Positions 55,585-64,000 of a DNA stretch of 64,000 nt are shown one piece after another (positions within the stretch are counted from its first letter, which is position 1; each line of letters begins with the position of its first letter). A model generated the notes under the pieces. It had not been told where the DNA came from. It ran no database searches and saw nothing but the letters and a program-made list of their open reading frames with translations. The stretch spans positions 19,310-83,309 of the forward strand of contig JALUTT010000164.1 in NCBI GenBank assembly GCA_027021705.1. Direction: 5' to 3'. The DNA comes from Anaerolineae bacterium. Its GTDB lineage: Bacteria; Chloroflexota; Anaerolineae; S140-20. A program made the position numbers and the translations under genes.

Positions 55585-57474
55585 ATGCGCGTCATCGGGA
55601 CAGCGGGCCACGTTGACCACGGCAAGTCCACGCTGGTAAAAGCGCTGACCGGCATAGACCCCGACCGGCTGCGGGAAGAGAAAGAACGCCAGATGACCAT
55701 TGACCTGGGCTTCGCCTGGCTGACCCTGCCCGGCGGGGAACCGGTCGGCATCGTGGACGTGCCCGGGCACAAGGACTTCATCGAGAACATGCTGGCCGGT
55801 GTAGGGGGCATTGACGCCGCCCTCTTCGTCGTCGCCGCCGATGAGGGCGTTATGCCCCAAACGCGGGAGCACCTGGCCATCCTGGACCTCCTGGAGGTGA
55901 AGACGGGGGTGGTGGCCATCACCAAAGCGGACCTCTCCGAGAGTCCAGAGTGGCTGGAACTGGTGATGGCCGAAGTCTCCGAGACGCTGGAGGGAACCTG
56001 TCTGGAAGGAGCTCCCCTGGTCCCTGTCTCGGCCAAGACGGGCGAGGGGCTCACCAAGTTGCTCGCCGCTCTAGAGGAAGTGCTGGCGACCAGCGAACCC
56101 CGCCGCGACCGGGGACGCCCCCGGCTGCCTGTAGACCGCGTCTTCACCATCAGCGGCTTCGGAACCGTCGTCACGGGAACGCTGATTGACGGTTCCTTCG
56201 TGGTGGGCCAAGAGGTGGAAATCCAACCCCAGGGCCTGCGGGCCCGCATCCGGGGGCTCCAGACCCACAAACGGGCCATCGAGAAGGCCGTCCCCGGCAG
56301 CCGGGTGGCCGTCAACCTCTCCGGCGTGAGCAAAGAGCAACTCTGGCGGGGGAGTGTGGTCACCACGCCCGGCTGGCTCCGCCCCACCCTGCTGGTAGAT
56401 GCCCGCCTGCGCTACCTGGAGGACGCCCGCCATCCACTGCGCCACAATGCCGAGGTGAAGTTCTTCAGCGGCTCAACGGAAGTGATGGCCCGGGTGCGGC
56501 TGCTGAGCCATCAGGAACTCCCCCCCGGCGAGACGGGATGGGTTCAGCTCCGACTGGCCGAACCGGTTCCCCTGGTCAAAGGCGACCGTTTCATCATCCG
56601 ACGCCCCTCTCCACCCGCCACCGTCGGTGGCGGGCTGGTCGTGGACCCTCATCCAGGGCGCAAACACCGACGCTTCCGACCCGAAGTCCTATCCCGCCTG
56701 GAGACGCTGGCCCACGGAACGCCGGCCGAGGTCGCCCTGGAGACCCTGGAGCGAGAAGGGCCCCTGACCGGACGTGACCTGGCCCAGGCCAGTGGCCTGG
56801 GCCGGGAAGTGTGGCCGGCTCTGGATGAACTGATCGCCGCCGAGCAGGTCGTCATCCTAGCCCCTCAGCCCGGCGGCCACCTCTCCAACCAGGTCCTGAT
56901 CTCCCGTTCGGGCTGGACGGCACTGCTGGAACGGATGGAGCAAGAGCTGCGAGCCTACCACCGGCGCTACCCTCTGCGCCCTGGCATCCCCCGCGAGGCG
57001 CTGCGCCAGCAGTTGCGCCTTGCGCCCCGCACCTTCAACAACTTTCTGGCTCGGGCAGCCGTCGAAGGCTACGTGGTAGAGGAAGGGACTACCGTTCGGC
57101 ACCCCGAGCACCAGATCCGCTTCACCGAAGAGCAGGAGGCCCGTATCCAGCGCCTGCTGCGCCGTTTCCAGGCCCAGCCCTATACCCCTCCTGGTGTCAA
57201 AGAGAGCAAGGCCCTGGTTGGAGAGGAGGTGCTGGCCGCCCTGCTGAGCCGGGGCACGCTTATCCAGATTTCTGAGGAAATCCTCTTCCTGCAGGAAACC
57301 TACCAGGAGATGGTCGCCTGGGTCAAGCAGACCATCCAGGAGCGGGGAAGCGTGACGGTGGCACAGCTACGCGACGCCTTCCACACCAGCCGCAAGTACG
57401 CCCTGGCCCTCTTGGAACACTTGGACGCCAGCGGCGTCACCCGTCGCGTGGGCGACGAGCGGATCCTGCGATGA
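55585..57474 (+). CDS. selB: Selenocysteine-specific translation elongation factor
   Basis: GTAGHVDHGKS, MTIDLGFA, DVPGH, and C-terminal winged helices ending SRKYALALLEHLD...RRVGDER. Confidence 0.96.
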   Translation: MRVIGTAGHVDHGKSTLVKALTGIDPDRLREEKERQMTIDLGFAWLTLPGGEPVGIVDVPGHKDFIENMLAGVGGIDAALFVVAADEGVMPQTREHLAILDLLEVKTGVVAITKADLSESPEWLELVMAEVSETLEGTCLEGAPLVPVSAKTGEGLTKLLAALEEVLATSEPRRDRGRPRLPVDRVFTISGFGTVVTGTLIDGSFVVGQEVEIQPQGLRARIRGLQTHKRAIEKAVPGSRVAVNLSGVSKEQLWRGSVVTTPGWLRPTLLVDARLRYLEDARHPLRHNAEVKFFSGSTEVMARVRLLSHQELPPGETGWVQLRLAEPVPLVKGDRFIIRRPSPPATVGGGLVVDPHPGRKHRRFRPEVLSRLETLAHGTPAEVALETLEREGPLTGRDLAQASGLGREVWPALDELIAAEQVVILAPQPGGHLSNQVLISRSGWTALLERMEQELRAYHRRYPLRPGIPREALRQQLRLAPRTFNNFLARAAVEGYVVEEGTTVRHPEHQIRFTEEQEARIQRLLRRFQAQPYTPPGVKESKALVGEEVLAALLSRGTLIQISEEILFLQETYQEMVAWVKQTIQERGSVTVAQLRDAFHTSRKYALALLEHLDASGVTRRVGDERILR

Positions 57475-57508
57475 ACGAGGCCGGCGGGGAGCATAACGGA
57501 TCCGAGAT

Positions 57509-57575
57509 GGGGCGGTGTAGAAAGGCCGCGCCGCTCTGCCTAGTGGGGATGCGACTCCCCCTTCTACAACGCCCC
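57509..57575. terminator. Inverted repeat between the convergent selB and V4R genes
   Basis: ggggcggtgtagaa...ttctacaacgcccc. Confidence 0.5.
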
Positions 57576-58241
57576 CTAACCAACGGGCGTCTTGTTGATC
57601 TCCCAGACACAGGCCGGGGCCCCTAGGGCCCGGCAGGCAACCTCACGGACTTGGAACTTCTTCCCTCCGGTGACCCAGCTCGCCCCTTCCTCGAAAGCCC
57701 CTACCCAGAGGGCACACAAGGGCTCACTGGCCTGCTTGCCGGCGCAGGAGGGGCACTCGACGGCTTGATAGACGAACTTGTCATCCTGCTCCTCGATGGT
57801 CAGATGGAGCTCAACCCCCGCCTTGTTGTAGATCTCCCGGAAGCCGTTGGCCATCTGGAGCAGGGCAGCATGGAGCTGCTTGTTGGTGGGGAGCATCTTT
57901 AGAGCAGCGCTGGCCAGGTTGAAGATGCCAGGCAGGTCCTCGATGGTCCGACGGGCCGCATAGCGCCCCATACGCTGCACAAGGCCCTTGCCGGCCCGTC
58001 CGTGAAGCTCCAACACGGCCACACCAAAGTTGGTGAAGTCCCGGAAGGTCAGGTCGCCCAACTCCATATCGTTGGGCGGCGGTGAACCGATGAGCCGCTC
58101 CAGGCCCGCGTGGCGGAGCACCTCGGTCACGCCATCGGAGCCGATGGCTTCCTCCATCGCCTGAATGGCCCAGAGCATATAGCCATTGGGAAGCTTGATG
58201 TCAGCAATGGGATCGGGTTGCGGGCGGTCTGTGATGCTCAT
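57576..58241 (-). CDS. V4R (4-vinyl reductase) domain protein
   Basis: ECPSC...LC...G..E...EVACRALGAPACVW; ATG 58241 follows AAGGAG. Confidence 0.85.
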   Translation of the reverse strand: MSITDRPQPDPIADIKLPNGYMLWAIQAMEEAIGSDGVTEVLRHAGLERLIGSPPPNDMELGDLTFRDFTNFGVAVLELHGRAGKGLVQRMGRYAARRTIEDLPGIFNLASAALKMLPTNKQLHAALLQMANGFREIYNKAGVELHLTIEEQDDKFVYQAVECPSCAGKQASEPLCALWVGAFEEGASWVTGGKKFQVREVACRALGAPACVWEINKTPVG

Positions 58242-58279
58242 GGTGGCTGACTCCTTTCGTGATGGTGTTGAGAAGCGGG

Positions 58280-58801
58280 CTATTCCTCCTCTATCCGCAG
58301 ACGTGTTCCCCGGATGTCCCGGTCCAATTCCCAGGGATAGACAATCCAACGGTCCGTGACGGCGGCAAAGTAGTCGGGACGCAAGTGTGGAAAGAGGGAC
58401 TCCTTGGGCTTGTAGTGTAGCACCGCCGTCTCCGGCTTCCCACCGGCCGCCTCCACCCGCCGACAGACGGTGACAATGGTCCGTCCCCCCCGCCACACAT
58501 CGTCCACCACGAGGATCCGCTTCCCCTCCAGCAACGTCTCTTCGGGAAACTGCAGGAAGGTGGGCCAGGCGAAGAGACGTGCCTGGCGGGAGAGATCGGC
58601 CGAGAACTCCACCGAGGCGGTCAGGACGTGGCGGATGTCCAAGGCAGCGCAGAGGAGCCCACCGGGAACAATCCCCCCCCGGGTGATGATCAGAAGCGCA
58701 TCAAAAGGTCCCTCCATCTGAAGCAACAAGTGGTCAATGAGGGCATCCACATCCCGCCAGGTTAGCGCCTCCTGGCGAGGCGGTCCTTCTCTCTCGAACA
58801 A
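58280..58801 (-). CDS. Type I phosphoribosyltransferase (xanthine/hypoxanthine-like)
   Basis: ITRGGIVPG, ILVVDDVWRGGRT, WIVYPWE. Confidence 0.88.
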   Translation of the reverse strand: MFEREGPPRQEALTWRDVDALIDHLLLQMEGPFDALLIITRGGIVPGGLLCAALDIRHVLTASVEFSADLSRQARLFAWPTFLQFPEETLLEGKRILVVDDVWRGGRTIVTVCRRVEAAGGKPETAVLHYKPKESLFPHLRPDYFAAVTDRWIVYPWELDRDIRGTRLRIEEE

Positions 58802-58825
58802 TCTCCTCCCTCCAAAGCTCTTCTC

Positions 58826-60724
58826 TCAAGGCCAGCGGGCTTCGACGACTACAGGACGGTGATCTGAGGCGACGGTCTCCGGCACGTGGGCTTCCTCTGG
58901 AAACAGGCCTCGCAACCAGACGTAGTCAATCCGTTTCTCCGGCGACTCTGAGGGCTCCGTCGGGGCCGGCTCCAGCCCCAACTGACGGAAAGGATCCACA
59001 AAGCCCGCAGCCTCCAGCCGACGGTAGACCGGCGAATCGGGGAGGCTGTTCAGGTCCCCACCGAAGAGGGCCGGCTCGGCATCGCCGATGAAGGCCACCG
59101 CTTCCTCGATCTGGCGTATCCGCTCCTCCTCTGTCAGGCCCAGCCAGATGCCATAAGCATCCAGCCGCCTTTCCCCCACCCGTAGCCGGGCGTGGACGAT
59201 GGCCGTCTGCTCCAGGGCGCTGGTCAGCCAGACACCATCGGCAGCCTCGACCGGCCAACGGGAAAGAAGGGCAATGCCGCTCAGTTGCTCCAACGTAGGC
59301 TGGTAGACGACCTGCATCCCCAGCCGGCGCCCCAACCAGAGGGCATTGTCCACCCCGTAGCTTGTGATGCGGGCGGCATCCACCTCCTGCAGGAAGACCA
59401 CTTCGACCCCATTCTCCTCCAACGCCTGAGCCATCGCCTCCAATCGGTAGCGCCAGTGGGTATCGTACCCATAGTGGATGTTGTAGGTCGCTGCCCGGAC
59501 CCTTCCCTCCGGCGACGGCGGGACCAAGCGGGGCGGACGGGCGATCCAGGCGATCAGAAGGCCCAAAGCGACAAAGGCCAGAACCTGGATGGAGGAGTGG
59601 CGGATCCGAAGAGCCTCCACATCCCCGAAGGCAGCCCCGCCCATCGTGGGCAGCGCCGTAACCAGGGCGGCCAGAAGGAGAATCGGCAGCCCCATCCCCC
59701 GGAAGAAGGGCAAGGTGTAAGGATAGGTGAAGGTGAAGGCATAGGCAAAGTGCAGAACCAGGAAGAAGAGCCCTCCCAAAGCCAACGCCCGGCCCGTCCG
59801 CTCCTTCTCCTCTACGGGACAGTCAGCCAACGCATAGGGGATGGCCAGCAGTCCCAACCACTGAGCCAGCAAGAGCGCTCCAGCACTGAGAGGTCCTAAC
59901 GCCATCCGCCCCAAGATCAGGCTGAGCAACAGGGCGACGATGAACAAGACCCCTCCCATCGGCCAGAGAAAGTTGACGAGCCGCTCCATCAAGCGGCGAG
60001 AGAGCCGCCCTAAAGGGAGGCCGGTGACCAGAAAGAGGGCCGGTGCCAGGAACCCGTAGGCCTGGCTCCCGGAGACCAACCCGCTGCTCCAGCGGGTCAG
60101 CGCATTGGGAAAGGCCAGCAGCGCCGTCTCTAGGAAGAGCAACGCCCCAATGGCCAGCCCATCGCCCACTTCCACCCGGTACTGGGGAGCAATCTCGTGG
60201 AAGGGGCCTCGCCGATGCAGGAGAAGGGTGAGGCCCAGCAAGCCCAGAGAGAGCACCCCTTGCCAGGGGAGCCAACCCGGTCGTAACGTGATGTCGTAGG
60301 TGTGGCCCAAGGCTCGGACCAACTGGTCACCCAACAACGCCAGGATCAGCCAACTGGGGACGGACAGAGGCGTGTAACGCAGCCGGAGGGTCAGGTAGGC
60401 CATCGCCGCCGCGATAAGGACCAGTCCACTGACAAACCGCACCATTGGGTGATCCACCGTCAATGGCACCCGAGCCAGAAAGACCAGGGCGGCCAACCAG
60501 CGAGGGAATCCCTGTCCGTGACGGCGGGGGATGACGGCCGGGATCAGGAAAGCCAGAAAGGTCACAACCACCGCCAGGCCCGTAACGACGAGGGGAACGC
60601 GACCGGCGAAGATGGTATCGTAGATCAGGCCAAAGAGCACCGAGAACAGAACCCGAACCGCCTGTAAGAGGAAGAAGAGCACGGCTGTGGCTTCGATGGA
60701 CTGCCACTGTTTGGGGTCAGTCAT
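58826..60724 (-). CDS. Multi-pass membrane protein with a C-terminal endonuclease/exonuclease/phosphatase domain
   Basis: Many TM helices; TYNIHYG, LQEVD, GDLN, RIDYV, SDHRP. Confidence 0.88.
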   Translation of the reverse strand: MTDPKQWQSIEATAVLFFLLQAVRVLFSVLFGLIYDTIFAGRVPLVVTGLAVVVTFLAFLIPAVIPRRHGQGFPRWLAALVFLARVPLTVDHPMVRFVSGLVLIAAAMAYLTLRLRYTPLSVPSWLILALLGDQLVRALGHTYDITLRPGWLPWQGVLSLGLLGLTLLLHRRGPFHEIAPQYRVEVGDGLAIGALLFLETALLAFPNALTRWSSGLVSGSQAYGFLAPALFLVTGLPLGRLSRRLMERLVNFLWPMGGVLFIVALLLSLILGRMALGPLSAGALLLAQWLGLLAIPYALADCPVEEKERTGRALALGGLFFLVLHFAYAFTFTYPYTLPFFRGMGLPILLLAALVTALPTMGGAAFGDVEALRIRHSSIQVLAFVALGLLIAWIARPPRLVPPSPEGRVRAATYNIHYGYDTHWRYRLEAMAQALEENGVEVVFLQEVDAARITSYGVDNALWLGRRLGMQVVYQPTLEQLSGIALLSRWPVEAADGVWLTSALEQTAIVHARLRVGERRLDAYGIWLGLTEEERIRQIEEAVAFIGDAEPALFGGDLNSLPDSPVYRRLEAAGFVDPFRQLGLEPAPTEPSESPEKRIDYVWLRGLFPEEAHVPETVASDHRPVVVEARWP

Positions 60725-60824
60725 CGTGACCTCGCTGTAGAAGTTACAAATGGGGCAGGGACCTTGGTGGAAGGGACAGACCGAGGAGCGCGGTCCAGGA
60801 TACGCCGATGGGAATCGTGGCTCT

Positions 60825-60833
60825 ATTGTACCA
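60825..60833 (-). promoter_or_regulatory. Extended -10 (TGGTACAAT) for the EEP/PRT/V4R operon
   Basis: Plus strand attgtacca. Confidence 0.55.
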
Positions 60834-60887
60834 TACCCTTTCTGGAAGGCAACCCCTGGGTACGGGCAAAGCCTCGATCGTTCACCC

Positions 60888-60953
60888 TCTAATGCCCATC
60901 TAACGCTTATCTTTTGGATTTCTAATGGTTCTCTTGCGTCCGTCTAATGCGGG
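60888..60953 (+). promoter_or_regulatory. Six phased 11-bp units starting with TCT (TCTAAY in four) upstream of hsp20
   Basis: tctaatgccca|tctaacgctta|tcttttggatt|tctaatggttc|tcttgcgtccg|tctaatgcggg, followed by a TAAACT -10 candidate at 60959. Confidence 0.7.
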
Positions 60954-61043
60954 TCGGGTAAACTAAGGGCGGTTTAGGGCGGCGCACCTCGTGCGTCGCA
61001 CCCCAACGTCCGTCGTGATCAGAGTCAGAAGGAGGTGAGAGCG

Positions 61044-61493
61044 ATGGCCGAGCTGACCCGTTGGGAGCCCTTCCGTGAACTGATGTCCTTGCGCGAAGCG
61101 ATGGATCGTCTCTTCGAAGAGAGCTTCGTCCGACCGGGATTCGGTTTGCTGGCCCCTGTCGCCGAGACGCTGGCGGTGGATATGTACGAGACCGATGATG
61201 CCATCATCGTCAAGGCTTCCATCCCCGGCATCAAGCCTGAGGACATTGACGTCTCGGTGACGGGCGATACCCTTACCATCAAAGGCGAGATCAAAGAGGA
61301 CAAGGAGATCAAAGAGGAACAGTACTACCGGCGCGAACGGCGCTATGGCTCCTTCTGCCGCAACATCTCCCTGCCGGTGGCCATTCAGGCGGATAAAGCC
61401 GCGGCCGAGTTCGAACATGGCGTGCTGACCTTGCGGCTGCCCAAGGCCGAAGCGGCCAAACCCAAGACCATCAAGGTCAAAGCCAAGAAGTAG
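61044..61493 (+). CDS. Hsp20/alpha-crystallin small heat shock protein
   Basis: VDMYET, PGIKPEDIDV, ERRYGSF, GVLTLRLPK, and an IxV tail. Confidence 0.95.
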   Translation: MAELTRWEPFRELMSLREAMDRLFEESFVRPGFGLLAPVAETLAVDMYETDDAIIVKASIPGIKPEDIDVSVTGDTLTIKGEIKEDKEIKEEQYYRRERRYGSFCRNISLPVAIQADKAAAEFEHGVLTLRLPKAEAAKPKTIKVKAKK

Positions 61494-61502
61494 CCGGATA
61501 CG

Positions 61503-61534
61503 GGGGCGTCCCCGTCGGCTGCAGGGGACGCCCC
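61503..61534. terminator. GC hairpin between the hsp20 genes
   Basis: ggggcgtcccc...ggggacgcccc; no U-tract, so it could be a stabilising stem. Confidence 0.45.
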
Positions 61535-61621
61535 GCCATTCTTACGGCACCCCCCTCAGCGATAACAACGCGCGAGCCTGACGTGAATCCGTCCCATCAT
61601 ATGAGAAGGAGGTGGTGAGCG

Positions 61622-62056
61622 ATGACCGTGATGCGTTGGTCCCCTGCCCGTGATCTGATGAGCCTGCGTGAGGCGATGGATCGGCTGTTCGAGGAAAGCT
61701 TCGTGCGTGTGGCCGAGCCCCGTCCTCGAGAGGGACGCCTGCCTATTGACGCCTACGCCACGTCGGAGGAGATCGTGATCGTCGCCCCCCTGCCCGGCGC
61801 CACCCCCGATGACGTGGAGATCACACTGGATGGGGATATGCTGACCATCCGGGCCGAACTGCCGGCCCCGCTGGAGAACGTGGACTACATCTTTCAGGAG
61901 CGGGCCTATGGCACCTTCAGCCGGACGCTGACCCTCAACGTGCCTGTGGACCGCGATCAGATCGAGGCAACCTTCCAGAACGGCCTACTGACGCTGACGC
62001 TGCCCAAGGCTGAGGCCGTGCGCCCCAAGACGATCAAGGTGAAGGCCAAGAGGTAG
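61622..62056 (+). CDS. Second Hsp20/alpha-crystallin protein
   Basis: ERAYGTFSR, NGLLTLTLPK; shares LMSLREAMDRLFEESFVR with the first. Confidence 0.95.
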   Translation: MTVMRWSPARDLMSLREAMDRLFEESFVRVAEPRPREGRLPIDAYATSEEIVIVAPLPGATPDDVEITLDGDMLTIRAELPAPLENVDYIFQERAYGTFSRTLTLNVPVDRDQIEATFQNGLLTLTLPKAEAVRPKTIKVKAKR

Positions 62057-62110
62057 ATAGCGGGCCAGGTGGACACAGATCTATCCAGAGCTTCGAGGAA
62101 CAGAAGGCCA

Positions 62111-62142
62111 AGAGCCACGGGAGAAACCGTGGCTCTCTTTTT
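62111..62142 (+). terminator. Intrinsic terminator after the hsp20 pair
   Basis: agagccacgg-gagaaa-ccgtggctct-cttttt. Confidence 0.8.
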
Positions 62143-62163
62143 CCCCCTCGTCCTTCAATCTTC

Positions 62164-63105
62164 TCAGTGCCGCGCAGATCTCTTTCCAACGCCCATCCTC
62201 AAGGAACGCAAGGGGTCTGGTACCATCCAGCGGGGTTGGACCAACTCCCGCAGTTGAGGAAGGGCTGCCTCGGCAGCAGCCTCGCCTGCCGCGATCACGT
62301 CTCGGGCCCGCCCGAAGCCCGACAGGATACTCACCTCGGCGGGGATGGCAGGCCGGAGCAGCAGGTCAGGCTGAACCTCGGCCAGCTTGCGCTCCTGCAA
62401 TGCTTCCATCATCACCTCCAACGCTTCGCTAAAGACCTCCACCCACTGGATCAGGACGCCGGGGACAAAGCGATGCTTCCCAACAGTCTGCCAGAAAGTG
62501 GCCTCCTGAGTTCGGGCGGTCACGTCTACAGCGATGATTACCTCGCCTCCCAGGTCCCGTGCCACATCCACCGGCAGGTTGTTGAGCACACCACCATCCA
62601 CCAACCGAGCCTCCCCCTGGTTCACAGGGACGAAGAGGCCCGGTAGCGAGATGGTGGCCCGGATGGCAGCCGCTACCGACCCCTCCTGCAGGATCACCTC
62701 CTGTCCGCTGTGCAGGTCCACCGCTACCAAGGCCAGCGGGTGGGATAGGTCAGCGAAGGTGGCACCATTCAGAAGTCGCTCAAAGTAGTCCTGGACCCGC
62801 TTGCCCTCCAGCAGCCCTCCCTGGCCCGGGGCGGGATCGGCCAGGCGGACGAGCTGCCGCACTTGCGAGAGCGCCAGCGCCTCCTGCTCCAGCGTCTCAG
62901 GGCTGACACCCGCAGCGTAAGCCGCAGCCACAACCCCTCCCATACTGGTGCCAGCCAAGCAATCCACTGGGATGCCTTCTCGCTCCAGGACCTTGAGCAC
63001 ACCGATGTGAGCCAATCCCCGGGCTCCACCCCCGCTCAGGGCCAGCCCAACTCGGGGCCGACGATAGATCTTCCCGGCCAGTCGCTTTCCTTTCGCTCGC
63101 ATCAC
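62164..63105 (-). CDS. Patatin-like phospholipase (RssA/NTE family)
   Basis: SGGGARG, GTSMG, DGG. Confidence 0.92.
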   Translation of the reverse strand: MMRAKGKRLAGKIYRRPRVGLALSGGGARGLAHIGVLKVLEREGIPVDCLAGTSMGGVVAAAYAAGVSPETLEQEALALSQVRQLVRLADPAPGQGGLLEGKRVQDYFERLLNGATFADLSHPLALVAVDLHSGQEVILQEGSVAAAIRATISLPGLFVPVNQGEARLVDGGVLNNLPVDVARDLGGEVIIAVDVTARTQEATFWQTVGKHRFVPGVLIQWVEVFSEALEVMMEALQERKLAEVQPDLLLRPAIPAEVSILSGFGRARDVIAAGEAAAEAALPQLRELVQPRWMVPDPLRSLRMGVGKRSARH

Positions 63106-63749
63106 AACCCCTTTCCTTCCAGAAGCACGCGCAGGCTGCGCAGTAGGATTCCCCCATCGTAGAAGAGCCGTCGCCAGGGGCGCATCTTCCGCACCTGGGC
63201 CACGTAAGCGTAGTCCAGGGCGATCTCCTCATCGAAACTTTTGGTGCGTCCCTTATGCACTTGCTGCAGCCCCACCAGGCCCGCTCGCGCCAGCCGCTTG
63301 CGCACGATCCCTTCGGCCAGCTCCCGCTCGTACTCAAAGGGAGCTGGCGGGCGTGGACCCACGAAGCTCATCTCGCCCCGCAGGATGTTGAGGAGCTGAG
63401 GGAGTTCGTCCAGATACCAGCGCCGCAGATAGCGTCCCACCCGCGTATGGCCCCGTCCCTCCCGCTCCAGGTACTTGACCGTTAGCCCCCGACGGTGGAC
63501 CTCCTGGATGGCGCTGACCCGCATCGTGCGGAACTTGAGGAGTGTAAAGGGCCGGCCGGCCGAGATACGCCGCTCCCGATGGAAGACCGGCCCCCGATCC
63601 TCCGGCCAGAGCCACCCATCCAGTTTGATGGCCAGGGCAACCAGGCCGAATAGGGGCGCGGTCACCACCAAACCGATGCCGGCCAGCACGCGGTCGAAAC
63701 CTTCTTTCAACCAGTCTGTCTCCACCGGTTCGGGGATGGTGGTTGGCAT
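63102..63749 (-). CDS. Bacterial sugar transferase (polyprenyl glycosylphosphotransferase domain)
   Basis: KFRTM, LDELPQLLNILRGEMSFVGPRP; ATG 63749 follows GGGAGG. Confidence 0.9.
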   Translation of the reverse strand: MPTTIPEPVETDWLKEGFDRVLAGIGLVVTAPLFGLVALAIKLDGWLWPEDRGPVFHRERRISAGRPFTLLKFRTMRVSAIQEVHRRGLTVKYLEREGRGHTRVGRYLRRWYLDELPQLLNILRGEMSFVGPRPPAPFEYERELAEGIVRKRLARAGLVGLQQVHKGRTKSFDEEIALDYAYVAQVRKMRPWRRLFYDGGILLRSLRVLLEGKGL

Positions 63750-63887
63750 CCTCCCTTCCCCCTTGGTCGGTCTCCTGTCGAGGAGGACAGCATCGTTGCC
63801 CCCTTGGCCGTCGCTCCCGCACCCTCTCGAGCACCCCTCAATCATACCACACATCAGCCTCTCCGACCACCGGGGACGACGCGACCG

Positions 63888-63998
63888 TCACGAGTTTGGG
63901 ACATCATTCTGAGTTGCCTCCAAAGGCCAGACAACGCTCAGGCCGGCGCAAAGGGAAGCCATCGGCACCTGGCTGATGTCGTAGCCGGCCAACTCCAG
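63888..63998 (-). CDS. 3' end of an unidentified gene entering from the right edge
   Basis: Open frame LELAGYDISQVPMASLCAGLSVVWPLEATQNDVPNS*; too short to assign. Confidence 0.35.
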   Translation of the reverse strand: MELAGYDISQVPMASLCAGLSVVWPLEATQNDVPNS

Positions 63999-64000
63999 CG

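Noticed and set aside
57475..57575. tRNA-Sec or SECIS-like element after selB
   Set aside because: No cloverleaf or UCA anticodon arm is visible; it is better explained as a terminator or REP-like stem.

Overview
High-GC bacterial DNA, most likely Chloroflexota (Anaerolineae-like); this is inferred from the gene content, the Pro/Thr linkers and the 'VYLPLV+'-type tails. The window has three zones. (1) About 1-41.9 kb is an island of large exported mosaic proteins (S8/vWA, DUF1194-like vWA, SBBP, LVIVD and FG-GAP propellers, DUF11, CARDB, PKD, a CLCA-like metalloprotease). Nine of them carry a short [VLI][YF][LI]P[LMV]xx[KRQ] motif, at the C-terminus or at a module junction, and three small genes carry LPxAG sortase-like anchors. 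A ~1 kb cassette is duplicated with one breakpoint at the YLPL motif, and the island also holds an IS remnant, decayed gene fragments and a nested palindromic element. (2) About 42-51.4 kb is a signalling block: a TPR-CHAT caspase-like protease, a soluble double zinc-finger anti-sigma, an ECF sigma factor and two non-RD Ser/Thr kinases. A bipartite ECF-type promoter, YGTAAY-N17-CTCTTT, occurs three times, all intergenic: before the anti-sigma, next to the sigma gene, and ~34 kb away inside the surface-protein island. (3) About 51.4-64 kb is mostly housekeeping: M24 peptidase, YtxH, selB, V4R, PRTase, membrane EEP hydrolase, two Hsp20 genes with an 11-bp phased operator-like array, patatin and a sugar transferase. 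The best candidates for an undescribed system are the CHAT/anti-sigma/ECF circuit with its predicted regulon and the YLPL-tag surface-protein assembly and shuffling system. No rRNA, tRNA or CRISPR array was seen. All domain calls come from motif recognition by eye, not from database searches.
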